A stretch of DNA of 64,000 nt from Lingula anatina (lineage: Eukaryota > Animalia > Brachiopoda), in NCBI GenBank assembly GCA_051362555.1, contig CM120640.1:28792503-28856502 (forward strand), given 5' to 3'. Under the pieces are notes generated by a model. It had not been told where the DNA came from. It did not search any database and was given only the letters and a program-made list of their open reading frames with translations. This document shows positions 37,440 to 50,758 of the stretch, piece by piece. Both the position numbers and the translations under genes were made by a program. The stretch's first letter is position 1. Each line of letters opens with the position of its first letter.

Positions 37440-40400
37440 TACGTCTACATGTCGTAAAATGTGTAGAAAAACCTTTCCTAATGTCAGGTTTTCAGTCTGA
37501 TAAAGGTTCTTCAACTATAGATTTGCTTGGACTATGTCTGACATCTATTTTTAAAGATCTTAGCGTTGACAAAGTTTACCTCAAAAACGCGAACTCCATG
37601 ATGCGTTAGTTGTGCCAGGTTGCAGCCGAGCTTCCCGTAGGCATATCCCAAGTGCAGCGGTCGGCCTTTCAATGTAGCGCCAACAGTGGACAATGCGCTC
37701 CACCCAACCCAGGAATGTTTCAAAAAAGAACCATGCGCGATCAAAAGACGGATAATTTCAACAGCAGGGCGTTTTCAAGTTTATGCTTGTCAGTTCTTCC
37801 GAATTACACACTGTTACTATCATCGTTTTGTTGATATAATATCGTTTTCGTCGTGTCAACAGTTATTTCTTCGCAATTCTAGCAGCGGTTTGATTATTTA
37901 GTGGGGATATCGGATTAACTGCACTGTAGGTCGTAAATATGTAGCAGAGATCGCGCTTTTTTCTTTTTTTTTTCTCTTCTTTCTGTTTTTCCCCTTCTCT
38001 TTTTTCCCCTTCTTGATATTTCTAAATTGAATTATTTGGGGATTTCTTCACTGTCGTTTTTGTTGTAGTTTTGTTCGCACAAATGTTACTCTGTCCACTC
38101 GGATTTTGAAGATTATACATAAAATAATTCAGTAGTTTCTCTTGGGCATTTATATTCTTTATAGCATGGTATTAAAATGTAATGGGCCATAACAGCTGGC
38201 AACGCACTGTTTCAAGCTTTTAGCTCCTTTTTATGACGGGGTATTTATGGTTATAGTACTGGATACAGATGTACTTATATTTTCTACACAGAGGTCCGCG
38301 TACGTACATTGTATCTTTTAAATTGAACGGATGTTTTCATGACTTGGCGAATCATCTCAGAATTCAAATATATCATTTCTGCGTTCCTGCATACAATTGG
38401 CGAGGGTTGCTTTTTTGTCATTGTCATTGTTACCCAATTTACTTTAATGCGTCCAGTGTTCAAACATGCTACGCATATGATATCTCAAACAATCTGAGTG
38501 ATAGGATATTTCCTAAACGCGACTCGCGCTGTATGATGTTGGGACACCAACTTAGCCAAAACTTGTCTCAAGCCACGCTATGCTTGATAAAAAAGAAAGA
38601 AATCACCTCAGTGTCATATGTCATCTTTTCCATAGAAGTGCATATCGTTTATAATACTTTCAAACAATCTCAATCCATTCAACTTAGCTGATATGACATT
38701 TACTCATGTGCTACATGTAAATCCGTCTCGGCAGATTTCATTAAAGGGGACTTTTGTCCTGGATTGAGAAATCAATCTGACAGCGGTGCACCAAGCGTGG
38801 TTGGAGTCCTTTTGTTAATCGATCAATTCAACGGAAAATTTGATAAACGCACTCGATTGCAGCTAGCCAAGCATCAAATGATCTACTTCTCAATCCATCT
38901 TATTCTTACAACTTTACTAAAGCCAGCCCTTCAGGCAGCCAAACCTCCGTATACGATAACATTGTTCAGGGAGATTTGTATGGCTTGCAAGGGACTTCGG
39001 GAGATCATGTTAATCGGCGCTGACTTTTGGCCCTAGTATTATGGCAGATCTTGCTAATCATGTGGGCGGGCTCGTGGTGGGTAAACTATTTCGGGTCCCA
39101 GTTCTACCTATTCCTGTGTTTTACAGTTCAATGCATTTACATGGTGCAATTTCTGGTAGATCACTGGTAGATTGCAACGCTTTTTTTGTGATTATGACAT
39201 TTTTACATTGTTTTCAAGTATGATCAGTTGCACAGAATTTAACCAATATGGAATAGTTTAGATACACACGCAAGTTGCATCGACTGGTTTCACGAATGAT
39301 TTTGTTTCAGCACCTGTAGAGCTGTCAAATTCAAGAGGCAGTCAAGGAGATATAACGGAGTCGTATGGGGTCTTAAGCAGTTTTTATTACCATCGGTCTG
39401 GTTTGTAGTGATGATCGATCCTAAATCTGTCACAAATGAGAAGTTGATCAGTTGGTGGAACGGAAACAATTACGATATCTTGCAGAGTAAAACTACTACT
39501 ACTTGTCGTCCGTTTCCTCGACAGGTGTGAATTTATGCCTTGGTGGCGTGCCGACGACAACCACTGCTGCTTTATTTCTGTTGCTTTTAATGGACTGTGA
39601 CTGCCCGCTAAAAATACTATTAGCTCAAATATTGAATACCAGCACAACAAAGGTCTGCATACCGGGATCATTTTCGCGTGCGAAGTTAATTCCTTCGCTC
39701 CGCCTTCTTTTAATACTGTGACGACGTCACGATGCTAGCTCAGCGTGGCTTAATGGCATTAACTGATATTTGGCAGATAGTAAATAGACACCTGATTAAG
39801 TCAATGTAGAGGCAGCACAGCCGTCGGGGAAGCAACATCCAGTTTGAACAGATTGAACTGAAAAAGGTAATACCAATAGCCTCAGTCAAGAATTTAACAC
39901 ATACTTGTTTTACTGTACAGTCTGACTAGGATAGTGTACGTGGTTGCTGCCGAATGCGATTTGCACAAGTCTGCGCGGTTTATGAAGACTGGTAGGTGGT
40001 TAAATTTATGTAACTTTTTGAGAAGTCGGCTGCATACGAAATTTATGTGTACATTTTGGTTAATTTTGTTGTTAATATCATATAGCCATTTTAAAGTTAT
40101 GACTGGAATGAAACATGGAGCGCTTAGACCACAAGCTATGTTCAAAGTATTGAAAAAGGTTTGGGAAGTGGCGTTGCATTTATATTTTTTCGATCGGTAA
40201 AACCAGCGGTACGGCCGTCACAACAAGTTCACAAAAGCCTTGGAATGCAGACTTTGATTCTCTCTCGCTGTGGGGCACACACCTTTCACACGCAGACAAT
40301 ATCACCTGACGCTTCGCATCTATGCCTTTTGCCGACCGACCGCGAAGTCTCCAAAGTTAAATGAAAGCATGACAAAACAACCAATATTTTCACGTATTAG

Positions 40401-43400
40401 GCTGGGCACGCCGAGTGCTTAACTTAAATGTTTTCCCATACCTAACCTTAATCATTTTAAGTCCTTCGTATGTGGGGGCACGCACAACGTATGTGATTTC
40501 GAGACTTGCTCGCGATGATGTTTCAGCGACTTTGTTTACATTCGACACAAGGAGACTTTTGAAAGTTCTTTTGAGTCGTGTTTTCAATAAATCAGCAATA
40601 AACCCCTCGTTCGAGCGCTTTAATGCGCACTGTTTTACTACCAGAGCATTATAAGAACAGGGAGGAGTTGTTATAATACAATGATGGAGGAAATACAAGA
40701 CGGGGCCTAATATAGTCGAACGGTTTGATTACATACTGATTGAAGATAAGAATCAATTTCTCTCAATACCAGCGTGATATGTAAGCTATATCAGTTTGCA
40801 TACCACATACCTCTCCATGCTCTTTTGTAGGATACTGCAAAGCAGCGGAGGGAAAATAGGGAGGAGAGAAAGAAATGAATACGTAGTACATTGCTCTAAT
40901 GATGATGCTTTTTATTCTTCAATGACACGAAGTATAGACGAAGCGTCTATAAAATGTCTCTCCCCGGACGTAGGATTTTCTTACCATGTGAAGGACGTTA
41001 AAAAGCGTGGAATAACAATTTACTCATCCCCCCCCCACCCCGCAACAAAACTGTCTTATACTGCATTATTATTGTCGAATTCTGAAATCAAAATACGACC
41101 TTTCCGAAATCTTTATTGTGCCATTTTCTTCAGCAGATGACGCTTAAGTATAAATGCAAAGCCTGCACCGGAGAAGACAAAATAATACGTGTCACCCATT
41201 TAGTGCATGAGAAACGATCTTTAAATCATCATTCTTGTTACCGAACACAAGCTAAAGAATCATCACCTGCCCTGGACCCCCCCCCCCCCCCCTATTAAAT
41301 TCAAGAATGGATCTCTAAATTGCATCCTCTGGCCCGTGACGCCATTCATCATTCAGGTAATCAGTGAAAGGAAATGTTTTTAACCTTGCCGTTCACAATC
41401 TTTATCCTTTTAATGCATTTTTATATTAGCACAATCGATTTTTAACTCAGATGCGTGTCTCGACACAATGTGATCTAATGTTTTTTATCATGAGCTTTGA
41501 AATATACGTGAGCAGACAGATCCTATGAATGCTTACGATTGATGGTTTTCTTTTCATCGGACCTTTATTACGTGGTGGGCTTATTTCATTGCTTTACTGT
41601 GGGACTTATAAGACCTTTAGGAATGTATTAGAGATTTATATGCCTCCCCCTCCAAAAATGATAATAGCCGTTTTCCCATTAAGTATGTGTTAAAACATGT
41701 CGTTGATTAATCGCACTTTGTTGAAAAGAAAAACTAGTAAGTGGGTAAAGGAAGGGAAGGACGCATCCCCGTTTTCACTGTTTTCACTTATTTTCTCTAA
41801 AAATACTTTCATTTGAAAACATAAAGTATGAATTAAGTAAAATTTTGTCCAAAAGTTAAAAAAAGCCTTAATTGTTTTCATTATATACCGAAGGAAAGTT
41901 AACTTGACTTGACATGTCTAAACTTTCTTTTAGGTAACGGGAAATACAGAATTGAATTTTTTAAGTTAAGGTTCGTAAACGACAGGCATTTATTTTGTTT
42001 AAAAGGTAATCAATTAGACCAAAGGTGAATTAACATTTTTCCAATTACTATTTAAATGAAAAGTGTTTAAAAATATTTATATTCCAAACTCCTAAAAATG
42101 TGTTTTATTTGTCAAAGTCATTTTAAAACGCGGTTAATCAACTCAGCTGGACAGTCCTTGTGATTTACGAGTATTTACTTCTGGTTTTAAACTGACATTT
42201 TGGTCAAATATAGGAATCCGTCGGGAGGGCCTGTCGCTGCACATTGCGTGATAAGCGTCTACTTCACGCCTACAGTGATTAGTTATGCTACTTTGAAACA
42301 TCTGCGTCTTAAAACTGCTAAAAAATACTGCTTTGTTCCACTCTACTGACATTCCTCTTACCATCGATATGTTTAAGGATGATTTATTTGCTGCAATAAC
42401 AGCGACAATAGCTTTAAGTTACATCGTTTGTCATTTTTTGGTCTTGACAACCTGTCAGATCGTAAAAGCATGGATTGAAGTTTTTTTTCCTGTTAAGCTG
42501 TTAAGGCAAGACAAAATTGATTAGTTGGTTTACGAGCACGTTCGACTTCCATTTTTAAGAAATCAGAAAAAAACTGACTTACCCTAAAATTGAAGTGCTG
42601 TGCCCGTTAAACATCATATGATTATCAAAAACAAAAACGTAAAAGATGTTATTTACCAAGCCTGTTTGCAGAGAGGCGCCACTCGTAAACCCACTAACAA
42701 GTTTTCCTAACCACGGTCTGAACTGACATGCAAGTATAATGGTCTATAATGTGAACCTACTAAAACATTGCACCATCATCACTACACATTAAGGTAATCA
42801 CAAACCCAAGTTATTCTCAACACGTTTATCGATTTGAACATGTCACATTTGATTTTGAATCAGGCTGTTCTGTATTTGATAAATTCTTCAGCCCGCCAGG
42901 TGCCTCTAGTCGTGATGGTGTCACTGATGGGACACCACACTTGAGGTATAGATGGTCACCGTGATATTCAGGATATTAAAGCTCACGTGAATACATAGAG
43001 CACTCTGTTATACTTATTTGCGTCATGTTTCTTATTTGTTAAAATACCTTTCCCCCTCCCCCCACTTTATTTCTGAAAAGTAAGACCAGCCATTTCTCCT
43101 ACCTATTTGGCTTGAAATCCAATAAGAGTGCGGCTTATATATATATTCATATGTATATTCATATGTTCAATCATATAATCAGGTCTAAATGATTACAAGT
43201 TGGTTTGTTTAAAAAAGATTGGCTCCCATGCAGGTTGGTCACTTATTCGGCCTTTTTCTTAGAAATATGGGCAGTCCAATGTTATATATGGTTTGAATCC
43301 ATTCGATAGTATCATTTTCCTACAACCTGCGGCTTGGATAGCCACCGTCTAAACATGTCAGAAAAGATTGTCATTATTCAAAGTCTAATAAAAGGGAGAG

Positions 43401-45399
43401 GATAATTGACCGAGGATTAAAATTATGATGAAAATTGAAATATTTGAAGTTAATCTACTATAGCCAAATGAAGTCCGGCAACGTTAAGAAATATGATTGG
43501 ATGTTCATGAGCAGCTGCAATCGGGGATTTTTTTTTCCGGCGACCTGAAGGGTATCAAAATTCACGTATGTCCATAGGTCGCAAGTGGTAAGGGACTGTG
43601 AAACACGATCTCGAAGAAATGGAACATGGCGTCAAGTGTAAGGGCGACTGTCGGGTGCAAGTCCTTGTGCAATGTACAATGGTAGACTGGGACGCTAGGT
43701 ATAATCATCAGATACCGTCAAAACGTGCTTCCTTCCAACTGTCTGGTATGTAGAAAACATCTTAACGAGATTTTTCAGCGATCATTTTAGATACTCTTAG
43801 ATAAATTTAGCCGAAAAATCACTCTAACTAATGCAATTACCCGTGAATGTCAAACTGTGGGCTTCATCACCTACATTCCGATGGTTGTTTTTATTGACTG
43901 AAATCTTTGTTAATTAAAGTTATTACTATTGATGTCTCACAAAAGTGTATATTATATCCACCCTGAGCTTAATATTACTAACAGTAGGGATTTCTTACTA
44001 ATAAATACTCTCTGTTACTGCACATAAGTGAAAGACAGATGTAGTATTTCAGGTTGACTAGTTCCTGCGTGCAGAACATCCAGAAAATGCTGAAAAAATA
44101 GTATTTTCTTTTGCCTCATTTTTTTTTCTTGAAAAGTTAAGAGGATCACATTTTCCAGGAGATATTTGGCTAGGAATCCAGAACGAGTGAAGAAACGTGA
44201 TATATTTACACACATTTAGAGCCTAAACTTCCTCTCTGCTTCAGTTACTTTTATTATGTAAGTTAATAATCTGAATGGTCCCATGTATGTTCCTGTCAGA
44301 AATGTATTGGCTGTAGGTTTAACAATCTGATGATATGTTTAAATGTACCAAGTGTCCAGTTCGAAGGCTGGGGTAATTCATTCTGTCGGATGAAGAGGTA
44401 ATTGATGGGCTGAATTGAGCTCAAAAGCGATCTCGAAGTCTCACAAAAACCACAGATCATCTCTTGGCGGCGTGCACGGTGACCCGAAGAGCTGCACATC
44501 TAAAGCACTGAAAGCAATGCGAGGGCATGCTACATTGGCGATCATATTGCGTGGACCAAGAATACTACTGTGTCACGTTTAGTCTTGTTTTCCATTTTCT
44601 CCACTTTGAGTTTCAGTAAATTTGATAGTTGGCAATACTAGTGAAGATCATAATGACGATGAAGCTGATATTGCTGTGGCATTTAATTCAAATCAAGTGC
44701 TGTTGCTTACGCTTTGATATTCACAATGGAGAATTCCTGGGCCAGGAAACATCATGATTGAAGTTTTATGTGCACGAGAAACATCAAAGGTTGGGAATCA
44801 TGTCATACACCGTTGATCCAAGTCTCAGTAGGAGATTGGGAGAAAAATAACAACACGATAGGTCAGTTAGACCTTATCATGCTTGTTACGGGCTGTCCAA
44901 AGTTCAAAACGTGATTAATAATTGAAGAACAGTATATGTTGCATTATTTCTTTTTCTTTAATTCGAACCAACAACTACACCTTTTTCAGACTGCTTAATG
45001 ATGAACACCGTTTAACTTCTCTGACTTTTTCAGCTGCTATAATCCCATTACGTCTTGATTTTAAAATGAGAAGTGATTCTGCGTCTGAACAGGAAAAAAA
45101 TCGAGAAAGATACAAAACAGTTTAACTCTTCAGCGTTCTAGCTAGGTCTAACCTAATGACGTATGGTACGCCACCTTTTACTTCAGCCGTTATTTCACCG
45201 CCCAAAGGTATAAATGCTGTGACCATGGTGTTTTCGAGGGGGTTTTGCACGGGCAGGGTAGAGCTTTGAACAGTAAATTGATTTTAAGGGTCAGTTTGAT
45301 TTAGATGAAAACCACGATCTAATTAACCTTGGTGATGTTTACGGTCCGTGCTGATCAGAGTCGGTTTATTGTTGATTCTTGCCGGAGATGCTTGGGGCT

Positions 45400-45666
45400 G
45401 TCCCTCAGCGCGCAGACTGGGTAGTTAATCAGGGTCCAGCCTAGTAGCACGCACAGCCACCGCCGTATGGTGCCACCGGAGTGGTCTCTCCTGTCGGTCT
45501 CTCCAGTGCAGTGCGCTTTGAATTCATTCTCATTGAAGATTTTGTGTCCAGATTATCAAAGTTGTGTCAGTGAGCACATGAACTGACACCGGTATTCGAC
45601 TGCATTTGCATTGCTAAAAATCCATCTTGGCAGGTGGACGGCAAGATTGTGGAGCGGTACGTTCAG
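45400..45666 (+). other. Putative promoter and non-coding first exon of the ADAMTSL gene
   Basis: Locally GC-rich segment ending in donor TTCAG|GTATGG at 45666/45667. The ATG-containing exon begins at an acceptor (ttctttttcag, ~50554), so an upstream exon is expected. The start coordinate is approximate. Confidence 0.4.
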
Positions 45667-48600
45667 GTATGGGATCCTGTCAGTCTTGCACTTAAAACGA
45701 CTTATCATTTATTGTCTCTGTATTTTATTGCCTTTCGTACTGAATTGCATTCTTTAGAAATGTACTCAAATGTTGGTCTTTATTTAACAGGTAATGTAAC
45801 AGTTGCATGATAGATGGTTTGCAAAATATGCATGCATTTATTACGTGCTATTCTATTTTTGGAAGATAAGTGGGCTTGACCTGTCTTTGTATCAGTCAGT
45901 GATGAATGTGCTGATTGTTACATTGGCATGTTAACAGGTAAGAGGACTTGTCTGCTAAAAGAGGTAATTAAAACACGCAAGGCGTCTGCGGTAGACGGTC
46001 ATCCTGCTAATCAACAGAAGAAAGTACTTAGGTCAACGTCCCTTCGCACGCGCCAGTCAGTGTGTTGGAACGCTGAAAATTACAAGTGGCTTTGCTTGAT
46101 AGTGATTTGACGACGTTAATATAATTATAGTTCTATTATTCAAGAAAAAAAAACTTATTTTGTTATATGCATAGGCAACGAACTGAAAATGATTCCAAGT
46201 ATCTTTTATTTTATTATCTCGCTTCTGTAGCTTCGTTATAACAACACATACGCATGGGCGGATCTAGAACACTAAGCTAGAAATCAGTCTACCCAGATTA
46301 TCCCCCAGTATAACTGTGTGCTCATCACTACTGGTTTCGCTTTTATTTTCATTTGATTCCATTCATTTCTGTGAAAACCATTATTGCCGCGATCGTGTGG
46401 TATGTGCGCATGTTTCTATAATGCCACGTGGTACCAGCTGACATGTACGACATCTGTCTTATGGGTGGGAAAAAACGCCCTCCGCTTGAAGATGACAATA
46501 TGGCATATTTTCTGCACACTTTTAAGGTTTTTAATGATACTTCTGTGAGCTTTAGTGCGGGTCTTTTGTCTATTCTGGGACACAAAATCCACCTGCAAAT
46601 AATTGTCATTCTTGGGAGGTCGGGGAGGGGGTATGCTAACCCGAAAGCTCTTGAAAAATGTGTTGATTTGGCACGTTTTGGAGTACATAAGACATACTTG
46701 AGTAGGTCCAGGATGCGTCTCTGCCGCCCTTTGGGTAGGAAGTAATCCCACTTTTTGTGCTTAAAAAACAGATGGGACGGTGCTTGAAGAGGCTGTCCTG
46801 GTATACAGAGACTGGGGGTCCGTGTGACAGTGTCCACCTTCCATTAGATTCATTCAGGTTAGGGCTAGCTGATGTAAGTGGGTCAAAATCTAGGACGGGG
46901 CCTACCTGTAGAAATCAATGGGAACCGGACTCTAAATCACAGGGGACTCGCTCGTGTATGACACCGATCCTTGGTTCCATCACTTAAAAAAGTAACGCAA
47001 AGTAACACCGAAGTGATGTTATTGCTGCTTACATCTTCTTGTTAGGTACTCAAAAGATTTAACACCGCGTGCAGAGACCTCAGAGAATGTTAAATATGTT
47101 TTCGGTTTCTCGTGTTTAAATCCCCCCCCCCAATGGCGCCTAGAGTAAGTTCATTACTTTTATTATATATAAAGTATCCAAAAAGAGTTCGCCGAAGTCT
47201 AGGTAACATTTTTTTTCAAAGGATAAGGAAAAATAGGAATGGCATTTGCATTATGAGGAACATTTTTCATTTGGAAAATAAAAGGAACAGAAACGATAGG
47301 AATTTCCTCACATCACTATCGCTTTAGGCGTGCTTTAATTACACAATTTTGGTAAGAGGTATAGCATACGGCTTTCAGTGCAATATATAGCCGTGTTTAT
47401 AAGGAGAGGCAAGGGCATCTCTGGACTAGTTCCGACAAGTGAAGTGTCAAGTGAGTTATTCCCTACTACAGAGTACGGTTACTGTTAATTGGATATGCTG
47501 TAAATTTTAGCCTAAACCGACGTCTATAGTAAAACGTACACGCTACGCTCGTTCTGTGGACCCTCCTCTTTAACCGTTATTTATGTTGTGTAGTGTAATT
47601 CTAGATCACAAAGAGCGAAAACAAACTTCTTTGCAATTCCACCGTGAATTACCTTGGTCTTAGATTTCCACACATGGGATGGAAACCGGGTTGAACCAAT
47701 AACATTCATCATACTGATCTGTCAAAGTCCCGCTCAGATCTTGGTGGGAATGACGATTGCTTAAAGTTATAGCGTTTTAATCAAAAGAAATCTTAATAGC
47801 CCGTTTTAATGATTCACAGACGCTTATTGAGAACGTGAAACACACTGCTTTTTGTTCTTCCTGAATATTTTCACGAAAAAAGATGAAAAAAAACGCAATT
47901 TCATCATTCAAACATTATAAAGTTTTACATTATCACACGTCAACTTAAATTTTTACCTGGAAATCAAGAAAGGGAAATAGTTGAGTCTCCTTTCTTATCA
48001 TTTTCAAGGCAATTGGAAATAACAATTACTTTTACAGCAATTTAATTCGACGCCAAGAAGGAAATTACATTACGTCAAAATTACAGCAAAAGGGGATGCA
48101 TCAACTATCCATTCATTGCAATAATTGATTGATTTGGTTACATAGATTTTATGGCTGTCTAGCTGATTGAGTCGCTCGTTGCCGGATTCATCTCTTGTCA
48201 TAAGCCCTTTTGCCAATTATTGTATTCATATATTCATTGGGGTGTTTCTTATAACATTATGGAGCATAGAAGCTATTAACTCAGACTAGCTAACCACGTG
48301 GTTGGATGCAGTTCAAGTACCCGGCTTTCAACGCACACTTTTAACAGGCACACTTCTCTCATTGCAGTCATCACTGAAAAGAGATAAGGAATGGACCGAT
48401 AGCGAAAAGGTCGAGCAGAGAACTTCACCAGGTGTTCATGTGGAACAGAGAACAGGTGAGAAAACCGAAGAGAAACTTGTCGCGTATGCCTGGCATCATG
48501 CTACCCTTATTTTGGACGGCATAAGATTTTAATAAATAACGTCAGTCTAAGAATGAACTCGTGACCATGACACGGGGAGAGCTGTGGCGTGAGGTGTATG

Positions 48601-50587
48601 GGGTCGAGTGTAACAGATCAACTAAGAACTCAAATCCGTTATTATTGGCCTTTGATATAGACCCGAGAGACTGTGCCCTGTGGTATCGTGAGAAGTTGCC
48701 CAGATATTATCGAAAAAAAAAATATGACGACTCTGTGCACGGATACCGAATCTGACTGACGCGGATTTCTACCCTGTCTTCGTTATCACTCTGGAACAGA
48801 TAACGCTGACAAGAAACTGTCGCATTGATGGAAATAGATAACAATATACTGGCAGGGTCGACCTCAGCAATAATAAGGTGGTTGCATTTACGTGGGGGAC
48901 GTGTGTTAATACGAACTACGCCTATGCAATTCACTGCTATCGCAGCAATGTCAGGCCTAAATTTTGTGAAGACTGTATCTAACTGGAAATGCACCTGCAG
49001 TCATTTCCAAAATAGAAATTCCTATTAATGAGAAACTTAAGCCAGGTAATCATTCAACATGTAGGCAAATTTCTACCAATATTTCTTCCTTAGCCTTAAC
49101 TTACAAGTATCGATTTCATATTTACAGTTTATGAAAAACTGTATTTTTATTGTTGTTCTCGTTCTCGATCCTTGGTAATCTACGAGACTTAAAGAGGACG
49201 AGAGACGTTGTAAGAGTTTATGCGGATCAAAAGATATGTCATGTTAATGCTTTCCACGCAAGGTGTAATCGCCAGTGGTACTAGTCAGGACAGAGTGTGA
49301 TTTGAATTTTACCCTCCAGCTGACGGATGGAAGCCCTGCGAGGTTGCGCAGTCTGTAACAAGAGGCGTTTTAATTACTACATGCTGGATTTATGCGCCTT
49401 TCATTCTTGGCAGTGAATGATATTTTTTTTCACAAAACGTCAGTAGAATGGATAGTATCCCTTCACCTGCGCCCGTGGACAGAAATGAGTGGAATTTTCA
49501 TGCTGAATATTTTTATTTTCGCGGTAGCTTGCCAACATGATTTTTTGCAACAGTTGAAATTGTAAATTTGAAGAGTAATGTTTATCTACCACAACCCTGT
49601 ATGCGTCGTAAATAATACAAGTAGCCATCTGTGCATGATCAGGCGGCCTTTCAACACAGCACGCGCGCAAGAGGAATGGAGTGGAAATGTGCCACATACG
49701 GACTGTCATAACTCTTGTATTCTGCCCAAATTACGCGATATGTTTATTCTTCTCAAGACTTATAGTCAAAAAGGTGTGTAGGGTTATCTTAGTCTTACAG
49801 GTACACCTTGCTGAGTATATTTTTCTGATATTTCACTTTTTTGCTGAATTACGCACTATACGTAATTATACGCACCCTGGATTCACTTCACTATAGAATG
49901 TATAATAATAGGCTCTCTGTGATTTAATTTATTTTCAATCTCGTTAAATTTGATAGAGAAAACAGGCATTGGCAGGTTGTGTTGATTTTTCGTTAACTGT
50001 AAACTACGCGAAACATTATTCAAATGTATTAATTGCAGGCGAATTGATCTTGGGAAAGATTGGGCACAACATTCACAATAACAAGTATCTCCCGGTGGGT
50101 TTTTGTATGCCAATATATTTGGCAGGGACTCATCCAGGACATGCCGCACGAGAACCCTGGAGATGCCATAACAGACATGCAACACTGAAATGTTTGGTTG
50201 CGGTTAAAATGCACTATGCTTCTGTCTGTAATAACGGCCAGAACTGTGCCAAGTGTATTTTCTTACGTGTCTGTGAATGAGCAGCAAAAACATATGTTCA
50301 TACATTGTTCGGTTATTCCTTCAATGCTTTCTAGGACGTTAATTTTGATTTAATACGGCTGCCTTCAGCGTTTATTACTGACGCGCCTTAGGTTTCAGAT
50401 AGCGAAAAGTATAAATTGCTGTTTAAAGTGCTTTGATTTCGTATTTGTGCGAAGGGGTGATGTAAAATACATAAACTTATCACTAAGTATGCTATTTGTT
50501 ATGTTTGATAAGAGTACTTTCAAGTGGACTATTAGTTTACTTGTTCTTTTTCAGCATTATGACGGAAACTGCTAGCTCCGATGGTTT

Positions 50588-50707
50588 ATGAGAATGTATG
50601 CAACTCGCCGCGGATTTTCCGGCTTGTGGCTTGTGTTGACGACGCTGCTAGGGATACAGGTAAATTTAATAAATCAACGTACAGCTAGATTTGCGTTTTG
50701 TTGGTTT

Positions 50708-50758
<51 letters not shown>

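Noticed and set aside
37500-50300. Many 60-160 aa ORFs in the intergenic/5' region (for example 38269-38691, 46349-46837)
   Set aside because: No recognisable domains, no consistent splice chain, and composition typical of random ORFs.
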